Origin: Raillietiella orientalis | Taxonomy: Eukaryota | Direction of reading: 5' to 3' | Assembly (NCBI GenBank): GCA_036172245.1 | Contig: JAYWIR010000011.1 | Coordinates: forward strand, 1,488,001 to 1,552,000 | Length of the DNA stretch: 64,000 bases | In this document: one piece after another, positions 21,755 to 34,963 of the stretch | Position numbering within the stretch: the first letter of the stretch is position 1 | Layout of the letters: every line of letters starts with the position of its first letter | Notes under the pieces: generated by a model | The model's input: the letters and a program-made list of their open reading frames with translations, nothing else | The model's database searches: none | Told to the model about the DNA's origin: nothing | Translations under genes and position numbers: made by a program

Positions 21755-24700
21755 TCAGGTGTTCAGCTCCGTAGCGATTCTGCGCTGCAGCAGGCCGATA
21801 TCCCCGGCCAGGGACTCCAAGAGACGCCGGTAAGACTGCTGTATCGCCGCGGATTTGTCCAGCTGCGCCTGGAGCTTCGCGACCGCAGACTTCAGGCTAT
21901 CGTTCTCCTGTAGAATCTGCAATACGAAGGGGAAGAAGAGCAGGGTCCAAAGTGAGCCCCAGGGGATGTTCCCGTCCCGCCCTTCCCCCCACCCCCCTTT
22001 GGCATCACCTTGATCCTCTCGTCCCCGGCTTTGGACGTGACGTCGGCCAGCTGGCGCGTGAGAAGACGGATCTCGTCTTCCTTACTCTGGAGCTCCACTT
22101 CCACGCCGTCGACCTTTGTCTGCATCAGCTGCAGCTCATGACGCAGCTCTGACGCGGCATCGCTGCTGCCTTTGGCTGCCTCGAGCTCCAGAACGCGAGT
22201 TTTCAGTTTCGCGTTCTCTTCTTTGTACGCGTGCAGCTGTATTTTCCACTCGTCCACATTGGCAGTGCTTTCTTGCAAAGCTGCAGTAAGACGATTATTG
22301 CTGGCTTTTAATGCTTGCAATTCAACCTCCCATTTCTTAGCGTTTGCGGAACTGATATGCAATTTAACATTTTAGAACTGGTGTTGGACACATTTTTCTA
22401 TTTCATACATCATCACCAAATGGTGCAAGAAGATCTACAATTTACTACACACTCAAATGAGTAAAAAAAAGCGCAAGCACACGTTAGTAGCAGCAGTGGC
22501 AGCAGCAGGAGAAGGGAGAAGAAAAGCAGCAACAGCAGAAGTACAGTTTTCAATTCCCGCCACAACCCAGCACGAGTGTCCACAGTCGCTGCCCGCCAAT
22601 CCATGACAACCGCACAGCTGAGGGAGGCAGGGCGGGCGGGCACCACGCCGGGCGAGAGCGCACTCTTTTTGAGAGCCGCGGGGGGCAGCAGCGGCCGATG
22701 GAGCAGGACCGAGAGCGCCAAACGAACAGGCAGGCGCGACGGTGCTGCCACGGACACAAGGAGGCACCCCCCGCGTCTTCGTTTTCAGGCGCACATGGAC
22801 GTGCCAAGTGGCGTGTCCATGTGGCACCGTTTGTCTCCTCCACTTCGGGAGGAATTCAGTCGGGAGAGGAAACCAAAATTGCTGCTCCCTGATCGTTAGC
22901 AACAGCATCGGTAGTAGACATCCTGGGAATGACCGGAAGGAAAACGACCGGGAACACGGGGAAACGCGGAAAGCAACGCGTGCGCGCACACACACCTGTA
23001 CAGTGTAGTGCGGCGACGCCAAGAGGACACGGAACACACACATCGGGAAAGCGCGAAAGCAAAACCAAAACGCAGGAGCGGATGACGGCCGCAGTGGGCT
23101 TCCACACCAAACACTTGACGAAGAAGCAAAGCAAACAAACAAAAGTGTTGCTGCGTACGTCTGTGGTCCCAGCACGTGACGGCAGCACATACGTTGTTCC
23201 AAACTATGGGACACGCATGCCGCCACCACGGCAATGGGGCACACTCCAGCAGGGAACCAAGGGCTCCTGCTGCATTGGACCGCGTCACGCGCTCTTCGGA
23301 AACGTCAAGTCTTGAACGCAGCTTGCGAAGATCTGCGCAAACGCGCGGTTGTAGGCGACAATCGCGACGCAGGGATCGGATAGCTCTTGACCTGACCCGA
23401 CCTGCCCTGCCCTCACGAGCGCTCACTGGAACCTGCAAGGCAATGCTGAGCGATCGCAGTGCGCCCTTTTCTTTTCCCATTTTCGATCTCCCCTCCTCAC
23501 GCGGCATCGTCGTCGCTGAGGGCCAACCACGCGGGAATCGCGCCTGCGTCAAAACTCTTCCCCGGAGCGCCGCGCCCCCAAGCCGAAGCGTGACGACGCC
23601 CTTGCCATACGCACTTCCCGGACTGAAGACACAGAACCCACACGAACCCCTCCCCATTTCTGCTGCAGGACGCAGGGGCCACGCAACGTACCTCTGGGAG
23701 AGCGCGAATTTCAAGCGGTCGTTTTCGTACTTCAGCTGGGCTTCCAGCGAGGAAGCGATGCCGCTCTTCTCCTGAGTCTTCGGCGAATGCTTTGGGCTGT
23801 CAACGGTGCTCTGCACAGCTCTGTAAAGGAGAGGAACACGTGAGACATCCGAACGGATCACCTGGTGATTGGTCAACTTCTGATTCGGCTGGTACCCGGG
23901 CTGGTTGATCCTCTCCGCCTTCCTCTCCGCTTGATCTTCCACCGAGGGACCGCCGCCGTCTCCCGAAAGATGGAACTTCGTTCCCACTGAAGAAACCGGG
24001 TTGCTGCTGGCCGCCGTGGGAACGCTGCAATCGTTCGAAACTTTTCCCACGTTCTGCTTGGTGGCTTCCTTGACCTCTTGGAACTTCTCGATGAACTGTA
24101 AGAAAGAGGCAACCCACGCGCTGCGTTCCCCCTCTCATCTCTTCGCTTCCCGCCTCAGACCTTGGTCAGCTCCGACTCGTTCGCAAAACCCAAGCCGTAC
24201 ACGGTGTTCGCTCGAGGGTCGGACCACTGGCCGAACTTTTGGGAAGTCTTCGTGAAAGTCATGTTGTTGGTGATGGTGCTGTTGATCACGGCCTTGAGAT
24301 CGGTTGAAGAAGAGAGCGTGGGGAGCGAGTGCGCGCACGCGCGCTTCTCACCTTGACACCTTCCACGCTTATGATGCGGTACAGATTGCGGGTGGAGTCG
24401 TAGAAGAAGGAAACGTTGATGGCGGACGTTGAGGCTGGTATCCAGCTTTTCTTCGTCTTGGGATCGATGTGAAACACGTGCGCCTTACATGTAAATATGG
24501 GTTGCTCCCTGAAAATGCACACAAAATACACGTGTTCGCTGATTTATTGTGACTCTTGTGTCTCGTGAAGACTCGATAACGGACGGCAGCACACTTCCTT
24601 GAACCAGAGTAAAGCATAAGGATTGGTGGACGATACTCTTCTTTTCTTTGGCTTTTGCTTTCTCGTAAGGAAGCAGACGGAGCACGCAAGTCCAAAATCT

Positions 24701-27700
24701 ATCACTATATCACCACTCGCCATCCCAGAAAGGAAATTCCCCACGCCCATCCATCGCAAACGGGAAATGTCTGGGGGCGATCTAGCTCTCCCCAGCATTG
24801 CATACAGAGCCAAATGAGCTTTCCAAACGGTGCAGTACCTTCCACCCTCTTCATGGACCCTCGCAGAATAACTCCAATGATCGCACGTAGCGGAAGAGGA
24901 ATTACCGCGTTAATTAACAGCAGACTTTCACATAAAACCGACGAACAGAAGAAATGAGACTTCCGAAACCCTCTACTACATATGCAGGGATCACATTCCA
25001 CTACTATTCCTGTAACGTTTCTGAGGCGTTGGCGTTGGAATGTCAGCACTCCCTTTCCAGAATCCTTACAGAATGGCAGGCAGATGGGAACAACCCGGTC
25101 TCGAATGTTGTTCATCACTTGTACCGAGCCACATAAGACAGCACCCCGGGGCAGTTCGTTAGACCGGATGGATGGTTGGCAAGTGCCATTCCCATGGGAA
25201 CAGCAAAAGGAGAGCGCCCTAACCAGATCGGAGATTCTTTCGTTTGAGAGCGACAGTCAGCCGGCCGCCTCCGCTTAGCAGACGGACTTCACAGTGCGAT
25301 GAAGCACTTTTGAACACGCCTTCGATATGGGAGAGCGACTGACGCGCGCCCTAGCGAAGGAAGTAGGTCCGGTCTTGCATCTCCGCTCAGTGTTTCGGAA
25401 GAACGCTTGCCAGGAAAGTGTTTGATGCGACACTTCCAGAACGGCATGAGGGAGCGTTTGCAAGAGTTCGTGCGTGCGTGCGTGCGTGCTTCCCGCACAA
25501 GTGCAGGCAGACGACGCGCAATGTTTCCACTTTTTCACAGACCACGTGCTGCCCGAGTAGAGTGCGTGGTTGCACTCCCTTAAAGCTGTGCATCCTCGAT
25601 AGAATGCCACAAAAACCGAAAAACCCAGAGGTCGCACGTTAAGCATTTTCCCCTTATAATCAAGTATGAAAAATAAATGAGCTTATCTGAAACACTCGAC
25701 AGAGGGGGAACGACAGTGGCTGAGACAACCGAGCCGTAAACCTCCTGTATGTGATACGACTTCATTACGATTCTCCGATGATGCTGGAATCTGCATGCCG
25801 CCATTGAGCATACACATCCCTTACGACAGCTGGATCCGAAAATACAGAAACGGCTCGAACTGAAATGCAAGAGAGCTTTCCAGCAGCAGCTGATGAACGA
25901 ACGTGCTAATTAACTAGTGGATCTTCAAAATCTGATTCGTAACACTGCTTTCGAGGGGGGGAGGCACTGAGTAACAAGTAGTGGCTTGGAGCAAACGGAC
26001 GGTTTAACTTTGGAAAAGAAGGAAACAAAGAATTAAGGGGACGAGGCAAAAACGGAGAGCTTAAGAGAGAAAACCGTGATGTACAGGAGCAGAGAACGTG
26101 GCATGCCTGCAAACAGAACTCATCCGACCACCTTCGATCCTTCAGGATTACGTAACGGTGGTCTGAACCGTGTAGGAATCGGAATGAAAACAAATAAACG
26201 AGTTTCGGGATCCCGACTGCGATTCTTAAGTGTCGTGAGTTGAGGGATTTATCTTTCGTTGACAGGGAAGACGACATAAAAGAGCAAAAAGAGACGCGGC
26301 TTCCGCATCGTTTCCTCTTCTCGAGCAAACTCTTAAATGAAAGGTCTTTCCCTCGAGTCCTGACTTTTTCTGAACGCCTTACCAAATCTCTTTTTTTTGG
26401 TTCGCTAAGTACCTCAGAGCCGGTCGCGTGCCTCGCGGCGCACGTGGCTCTTTTTTAAATATTAAACACGCTATTTTGTTTCCATGCCTCTCCACCCGCG
26501 GCAACCCGCAAGGGGGGCGTGTAATTCTTCAGTGTGATTCTTCAGGATAGGGGGCACCCCGGGATGGGGTCCGCCCTATGAATCCAGGAAGGGCTCGGAG
26601 TCCGTTCCTCTCACGCTTGGGGAGGGATCCCCCGGACGGGGGGGATCGCATCTCCCACCCTGGCTGTCTCCGAAGGGGAACCCCGGAGGGAATCTCCTTC
26701 CTCATTCTCTCCGGAGGGACACCCCCCCACCAATGGGGAGGGGCTGTCCTCTCCATTTCAACTTCATTTCAACTTCTCCGAAGGGAACCCGGAAAGGATC
26801 CGCTTGTAGGAATTTCTTCTCCGGAGGGAACCCGCAAGGGAACCGCTCCTGTTCACTCCTCTGAAGAGAACCCCGAAGGGACGCTTCCGAAACTCAGAAG
26901 GGGCGCTGCAGCTTCCCGCAGGGAATCGCTCTCGCTTGCTTCCTTGCACTCTGTGAAGAGGTGACGACTCGGAGGGTCCCCCCCGCAACAGGGGGGGGTT
27001 CCGCTCCTTTGAACAACTGGAGAGATGCCCGTGAGGGATCCTGCTCCATCTTGAAATCATAGGGGTCCCCCGGCGACGGGGGTCCGCTCTCCGTTGCACG
27101 ACCGGAGGGGGAACTCCCCACTCCTTTATTCCTGGAAGGATCCGAAGGTCGACTCCCATTGTTCCGACCTTCATCGGGGGCCTCCGGCTTAATCCACCGC
27201 CGGTGCCACGCCCGAATGTCTCGGCCAACCAGCGCCATTGCAGGAGAAACTCGGAACTCGACGACGCAGAGGCGTCAGAGTTTCTGCCGAAGTATTCGAA
27301 CCCGCGACGCATGGTGCCACACGCGGAAGCCTTAACCACAAGGCCTCCGACCAAATCTCTTGCAGTGACAAGAGCAACAGCTCTTCTCAGTCACAGATAA
27401 AGACAGAAAGCAATAAGACTGCTGCGTCTTACGGTGAGAAAGTGTCTCACGCAATGACATGCACGAGGTCCTGGAGAGTACGCCCACATAGAAAACGATA
27501 ACCAGGATTCAAAACTGGGAAAGCAAATGAACTCTAACAACCGAGCGCTACGCCGTGTTTTGCTGGTCACCGTGCAAAGGTGGCCTCGAAGAGACTTTAA
27601 CAGGGTCCCGGTGAAAAAATGAGATGACTGAACTGAACCTCCCCAGAAAATTCATTTATCGCAAAGCAGTAGTTTTCATTAGCCGTCTATTCATGCACTG

Positions 27701-30700
27701 CTGAGTCATTTCTGAGTTGGTACTCCCCAAAGTATGAAACTCAATGAAGAGACACAATCATTTTTGCAACAACAAGGTCCCTCAAGCTACACAAATAAAT
27801 GAAGCGGGAAGCCAAACCCCACTTCTCTCCAGCTAGTGAACCATCTTGCTACCTACATTTTAAAAGGATGTGGCTTCTTTCCAAACCACCGTCCTATGCT
27901 GGAACCGATGCTGGTTAAAAATATATAAACTACATCAGAACACTTTCTAAGTACTTCTTAACCTTGCAGAGTCAAGCAGACGCGACTGAAAACTCAGTCA
28001 AGATTGGATATGTAGATGTTCACACAAATTTTTGAAAATTACCTCAACTCTTTATCAGGTACCTTTTGCGACCCTTTTTTTTTAATCTTTTTTTTTTCGT
28101 TTCGTCGCTTTTCAGTTACGGCACAGATTAGTCTGCATCTGCAGTCCTTTCAGATGCTGACATTGGCTTAATAGGAAACATCTGTACAACTCTTGAAAAT
28201 ACGGAAAGACACTTTAACAAGAAATAAAACTATTGCTTCTGAAGTGTAGAGGAGAACAAACAAACCAAAAGAGCAAGATGAAAATCCTGGTCACTTTTTC
28301 TGATAATGACTGCCATCATTCACAATGGTTTCGTCAAACTTAAGACACAAAAGGTCTCAGAAAACTTAGCTATGGTTCGCTTGTTATTTTAAAATTCCTT
28401 TAACCATTCTACGACCAACTCCAAAGCAGAAGCAAAATGACTTATTATATCCATTGCAATGTCATGTGAGGACAGATTCCATGACCTCGAGACACTACAC
28501 TAAGTACCACTTGAAGACGACATTCCATTGAAGAGATGACTGACAAAATGAAAACATATGCAGACGACAGTCCATATTTTATCACAGTGAACAGATTAGA
28601 GTGGACACATTCCATTCAGTAAAGTCCTAGTACTCCACGCCACCCCGAATAGGCTTACGTTCAAATCCTCAGCCTTACATATGATACTCTTCTTGTAATT
28701 TCTTCAAATGGTTTAGGTAACACCTTTTTCAACTCAATTTTAGGCAAAATGCAATGAAGATCGACTTGTAATAACATCTAATTACGTAGTGAATTTGGAA
28801 CTTGAAAGACTTCACAAAAAAAAAATTGGATATCTTCAAGGCAGGTGTGTCAAATGTCTACCATTACATACTCCCAAATTAAAAAAATTGCAAACATGGA
28901 ATTTGTTAATCACGATTATCACTTTCTTCAGAATTTAGAGAACATATCTCTAGATTTCTTCTCAAAAAACTCTGAAACACGTTTTTGTTCCTCCTTTCCA
29001 CAAAAGGATATCATTTCCTCAAGCAATGTTTTCAGTGCATTTGATAGCAACTAAGGATCCAAGCAGATAAACACCATCATGCAGTTTACAGCTGCTAAGT
29101 CACAGATGGGTACAAAGCGAATGGTAGCATTCAAGGCACAAATAAATGGTCAAATGCTTACGATATTTCCAAAAATTGGGCTGTTTTCTGCTTCTTATGG
29201 AAAGATATTTGCTTTCATTTGCAGTGAAGGAACACTTACTTAAGCATCATTCACATATCATCAAAACACGGATATATCTAAATAGTTGAGGACATTAATG
29301 GTATACTATATTCAAAAATGTTATTCAATAATCTAGGATGTTTCTTCATAATCAAGGATTAAAATGAGAATCCTAAGCCATCTCTTCTTATATATAATCT
29401 ACTGATGCACTCTAGATCAACTGGTATTCAAATGATAGATATCTTAGTTTACAAAATATAAACATGATTTGCTAAATGTAATTTGCATCTTAAAATGACT
29501 CAATCAATTTTCAGGCATCCACACATGTAAATACTTGAACTTAAGTTATAGATATTAAGATTCACACATTTTGCAGAATGGCACTAAGAAGACTACATTC
29601 ACCATCAATTATTGAGCAATGTATAATTATATTTAGACTTCCAAACACATTCTAAATTTTACAAAAAATCCAGGTGATTCAGAAATATTTTGTGACCAAA
29701 CTATAAAATTTGCAAGTATTTTCTTTTCACTATCGGGAAGGCAGAAAATGTGGCATAACAGAATAAACAAATGGAACATTAATAATTCTCAAAAGAACTG
29801 AAGTAGATTTACTGTGAAACCTTTACACAAAAAGTTACAAACAAAACACGTTAATATAAACTAAGAGATCTGTAATAAAGATGTACATCCTCTGGTCTTC
29901 CTTTTCACTTTCCATTTTGCATTTGAAATACAAACAAATTAATGAGAAGTATGCAAGTTGGGAAAAACAATCTTGGGCATGAAAACTCATGGAGCACTGC
30001 AACTGATTTCATTTAATAAAGATGAGAATTACTCTACATCTTTTGGAAGACTGCTTATCTGAAAGTCATTTTTTTTTGAATAATTAAGTATATGCATTAT
30101 ATCAACGTATATTATAAAATCCATTTCTACCACCACATCTTTTGGTTCAGAAATTCACTGATTCAAAAGAAATCACCTGAATGTAACTAAGATTTAAAGT
30201 ATTAAGTGATTATTTCATAAAAGTATACTGGTAACTTAATGGCAATTTTACAGCTACTGTGACAACACTATGACTAAACACTCTGGTAACATGTAAACAT
30301 CCAATCCTGGTAAAATCATCTCCTAATAAATGAATCTTAGGTATTCAGTCTTGTCCCGGGAAAACCAATCGTCCGTAAATTGTATTGACATGTATTCAGC
30401 TCAATATAACCTTATAATATTGAACCTCCATTACTGTGTAAATTGCATAAGAGATGGTGCATGGCAGTATTTTATGCACATCTTTAAAACATTCGTTGTG
30501 GCATACTGATAGCAGATATTTTATCAACATGCAGATTTTATTTAACTTCAGTACATGGTTTCCCGACCTGTGAATCAAATTATGAACGCCAGTCACTTTT
30601 ATTTTGTCCTGACAACCTTTAATCTGTGATTTAAGGTAATGCTAACTGTAATGTTCCAGGAATCCAGTGAACAAAACATGGCTTTCGAAAATCACCAAAT

Positions 30701-31209
30701 TTAAAACAAGATTTGTGTATTCATATCTCACATTGCTAAAGCACGGATACAAGAAGAAACTTTCGAATATTATCATGCTGTGTGCACCATTAACATTTGC
30801 GAAGTTTCAACAAGGCACACACACATAATATTCAAACATTCGTCTTATACGCCAATTTGACGATTAATACAGCTGTAGATTGCTGCGAATGTGACTACTG
30901 TATCAATACGATGTGCTAGTACCTTGGCTATAAGAGAAATACGTCTCACGGTTCTACAACAAGGTTTTAATTGAAAGTCCATAATGGATAAAATGGATAC
31001 AACCACTTAATTTTTCTAAAAGACTGTACTGAATTCTAACAGCGAAAAATTTTTTTAAACATTATATCCGGTTTTCTCATACTGCTCGACCGATAAGGAT
31101 AGTGTCGACTTGACTTTCGGCTTGACAGAAAAATCATAATGCCTTTGATGATTGTATAAGGAATTGAAGTACTATAAGCTTACCCCATTGTAGTATTTTC
31201 GACAGTCAT
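21755..31209 (-). CDS. homer: Homer scaffold protein (EVH1 domain plus coiled coil); exons 31184-31209, 24352-24508, 24161-24292, 23692-24095, 22009-22351, 21755-21916
   Basis: EVH1 sequence [24 protein letters not shown]...[17 protein letters not shown]...[18 protein letters not shown]; coiled coil [27 protein letters not shown]...[16 protein letters not shown]. All junctions are GT-AG and phase-compatible. The first coding exon (MTVENTTM-G|gtaagc) is inferred from phase and is less certain. Confidence 0.93.
26620..27175. repeat. Degenerate tandem array (~10 units, mostly 40-50 bp apart) of GC-rich hairpin units, consensus about CTCCGRAGGGAACCC-G..A-GGGATCCGCTCC
   Basis: Units start near 26668, 26709, 26776, 26819, 26859, 26893, 26968, 27017, 27058 and 27101; most have a C-run/G-run stem. 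Confidence 0.7.
27285..27352 (-). mobile_element. tRNA-derived (His-like) SINE head or tRNA pseudogene
   Basis: Minus strand GTCGGAGGCCTTGTGGTTAAGGCTTCCGCGTGTGGCACCATGCGTCGCGGGTTCGAATACTTCGGCA has an A-box-like GGCCTTGTGG, a B-box GGTTCGAAT and a GTG anticodon-like segment. The cloverleaf is imperfect. Confidence 0.55.
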
Positions 31210-34200
31210 TTATGAATTGACGAAAATAACTTTCTACAATTTTATGTAACCGAACCGACACTAGTCTTCATTACAAGCGTACCACCATATACGAAATATC
31301 TAAAGTCTAAATTGCAAAATAAATAATTACAATTTCATTAATATCACGTTGCCTAAAACTGTATTGAAGTAACTATTGTATAAGCATTTATATTTGAAGA
31401 TGCTTATGAAATGAAACTGGTTTGAAAAAAATTTTCGAACACAAAAACGTAATACAAAAATGTAATACATCCTATAGAATCAATTGAGCTTGACAAGTAA
31501 CAAATGAAGAAAGCAATACATTAAAATGTGTAGCATGTAGAGCTTGAAATCCAAACATTTGCATATATAAAAAACACATTTCATTGAATACTATTGGAAT
31601 TGAGATTGTATTAAAATTGGGAGGAGCAATCATGTCTGCTCATTTGATCTCATATCATTCAGAACAAATGAGTTTGTATCGATACTATACAAATCAGAAG
31701 ATTCCTTCCCAGGATGGAATTTACCAGAACTGGAAGGAGATGGATCTAAAGGCATCAATTCTGAAAGATATCTTTAATATAAATCACAGGTTCAGAGGAT
31801 TGACGAAGAGTAGGAAAAGCTCTAGGACAATCTTAACTCCTTAATTCTCAGATCAGAAAAATAGCCGTATGTAGACCTGTTTCAGTCGTCGATTGCGTTT
31901 GTCTCCTCTACTCAATATGCATCTCTAGAAGACAAATGGAGCCAGCTGCCAGAGATGCAAGGGTTTTTTTCCATAATGTCCCTTGGAACAAAACTTTATC
32001 TTGAAAACTGTATTTATGTATATGTATTGAATCCATTTACCTAGAAAATGCATCTGTAACGATCCTTCGTTAGCTGCTACATGCCATTCTGTTAGTGAGT
32101 AGAGTAGGAGAATTCTTCGAAAACATCGCCAAGGACCTGTACATGGAAGCATACACGTTTGCTCAAACAGATGTTTATGCAATCTTAAGCCAACAGGTGT
32201 ATTGAAATTTCTAGAGTAGTGAAGCAGAAATACCTGTTTAGCTCCCAACTGTTTCATACAGCTATCGGACTCTTTCATACTAAGCTATACGGATTTTCCG
32301 TGCTAGCCCATTCAGGCAATCTGGTTATAATAACTCACGCTTTGAAATTATTTGATTTTATGATGACAGATTGCTTCGTGTCTTCGTTTCAAAAGGTATC
32401 CAATGCTTCAACTTGTATTTGTACTATCCCACAGCAAAAATTTATTTCCAATGTTTGTTACAAAGATCTCAAAATCAAAGAAAGAATGAAAGGTTTCTAT
32501 TGAAGAAAATTCCATTGAAGAAATTTTTCTTGTTATTTATTCAATATGTTTCTGCTCTCCAAAGAAAATACTTAGCTTATGGCTCAATGACCTGATAATC
32601 ATCATGCCAATCAGCAAGCAAATTTTGGATAATTTAAGCAGGTTCACTGCTGCAAGTAGTTCCAATTGGCTTGTTATTGTGGTTCTTGCTAGTAGAAATT
32701 CCAAATGTCTTCAAATGTTTCTCAGATAATTTTTAAGGAAAGCAAATATAAAATAGGAAGAACACAAATAAATGAAAACGGTTGTAAAACACACAAAGAT
32801 TTACTTGGCTCCGTATTCCATTTTTCATCAAACAAAAAGATAAAATTATGAATCTCCTAAAATTTATGAGCTGATATACGAACAGAGAGGCAGATCCAAG
32901 GTTTGCTTGAATTATTCTTCCCAGTAGTCGAATACCGCTTCCAAATTAACTGGTTTAAAATACCAGTTTTGTGTCCTCTGGTGGTTCATTATAGAAAAAA
33001 AATTCATGGGTATTCAATTCCTCTAATTACGCCAATCTCTTAAACTGTAAGGATTCTGCAGGGCTCCGTTTTTTTAATTTCTCTATAATTCTGCATAGAG
33101 CCCATGGAAACGTTCAGGAAACAAATCACTGTTGCAGCTCGATGACAATCAATGAATGATGCTGTCAGAACTTCTCTTTTGTTTTTTTACTGATGAAGAA
33201 CGGGATAATTCTTGTCTTTTCATTTAGTTATCAAAGTAAATGAAAAACAAGAACCATTATTCTGTTCTTCCTACAAAATTATTTCTTTAGGTAGTATTTG
33301 AGATTACTTTTTTATTTAAGAGGTTGCTCTCTGCCTAGCTTTTTCTGAGAAAGAACCACATTTGGCAAATTGAGATTTAACTAGCTTTCGAATCTAGTGC
33401 ATCCTGAAATAACAGAAGTGTACGTAGTTTTCCTTTATATGAAATCACACCTGAATGGTTCCTTGGATTCGGAAAGTTCATTGCACAATGGAATGTGTAT
33501 TCTCTGTAAAAGTCACTGAAAACGTGACTTTCACTACTTGAATTGTTATTTGAAGAAATAAGGAAACAATCATATGTTTTATCCTGAGGATATCTTAGCA
33601 TTCAAAAATACCTATTTTCGCAATTTGAAAATGTGCCAACTGGAGGTACATAGATCACTATTAAGTATACGGATTAAACATGTAGATATTCTTCAGTAGT
33701 GGTACATAATTAAAGCTTCTTTGAACGACTTTTTTAAATCTGATGTCAAGAATAGCATTTTATACTATTAATATAGTCGAGAGAACATTATATATCCCCT
33801 GAATCTGCTTATATCCGAGACTGAGCTGAAGCACAAAGGACACAGTAACAATTTTAGCGGCAAATGCAAAACAAAACTTAGGCACTGCTAAAGCAATGCA
33901 TTGGTTTCCTTTGATCGTTTTACTGAACTGTAGGACTGTTTTAAAGAGAAAACTCCCGTCTTCCAATAGAACTGAATAACGTACATGTTGCTGGAGAGTT
34001 CCCCTAGTAAAACTGCTCTCGTGCGAATTGCAGTAGTAGTCAAATACTTCCATAAAAAAAAAAAAAATTGTGGTGGAAGAGGGTATGCATGTGATTTAAA
34101 TATAATTTTCAGATGCCAAGTGGGTGTTAATTTCATGAAAACCTGTCATTACATCTCAAGGGTTTCCCTACGAAACAGCACAAGGGCTCCTAACGATTGT

Positions 34201-34943
34201 AATCAGTGTTTTTTTGCATCTGTTGTACAAAAACCAAATGGTTAAATGAAATCCGTTTGCTTATCGTTATCAAATATTCGCTTATATTATTTAGCAGTCT
34301 TAGGTGCAGAAGAAATACAATGATGCCTAAAAGTCGAATATGTAATTATCTAAACTGAGAAAAGAATCAGAGTTCCGATTATCTCTCTGGATGTTCCGTT
34401 ACTGATATTTAATGTATGAGATCTCTTTTGATCATGCACGGTTAAACTGGGTGCCAGCGTGCTTTAGGATGCCGAAGTTTTTGTATGAGCCTCCATTTTG
34501 TTGTTCTGTCTCGAACCAAAGCACCCTTTTTTATCGTATTGGGCATCTTTCGTTGCTATTTTGTTAAGAAATCACGGCACTGGTGATCTTTTATGCCATG
34601 ACTAGATGTACAGCTGCCATGAAGTATTTGCCAATTTTCTTTACATTTTTATGCAACTACCGAAACATTGCTTCATTTAGTGAAAGTACGAGCAGGGCAC
34701 TTGTTTTAAAGAAATAGCCGGTGGGCAAGACGACACACCCACTTCCCGAAAACTACCTTCTCTGTCCACCCGTGCACGAAGATCCACGGCTGTGCTGAGC
34801 AACTAAGCAACACGAGAGGAAGCAGGTCGTCGTCGATCATTAATCCGGATGCAGACATGACCTTAAAAGATTCGAGATTTGCAGTGGAATGAATGAAGTC
34901 GGCCTTCTCAATCGGCCCCTTTGCCGGGCAGTCCACGGCAACC

Positions 34944-34963
34944 GGGGGGGGGGGGGGGGGGGG
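34944..34963 (+). repeat. G20 homopolymer (G-quadruplex-capable) in a small GC island upstream of the tetraspanin ATG
   Basis: 20 consecutive G about 110 bp before the ATG at 35073. Confidence 0.9.

Noticed and set aside
22896..23691. Homer exon 4 frame staying open ~265 codons into the intron
   Set aside because: The translation is not protein-like and the intron is GC-rich; a canonical donor at 23691 restores the conserved [12 protein letters not shown].
26620..27175. CRISPR-like appearance of palindromic repeats with unique linkers
   Set aside because: Repeats are highly degenerate, linkers are short and irregular, there are no cas genes, and the context is a eukaryotic intron.
28640..29060. 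Protein-like minus-strand fragments ([16 protein letters not shown]..., [16 protein letters not shown]...) in Homer intron 1
   Set aside because: Short, interrupted by stops, and no recognisable family; cannot be supported without a database search.
34598..34680. MTRCTAAMKYLPIFFTFL as the first tetraspanin exon
   Set aside because: No convincing donor; 35073-35153 has a good GTGAGG donor in the correct phase.
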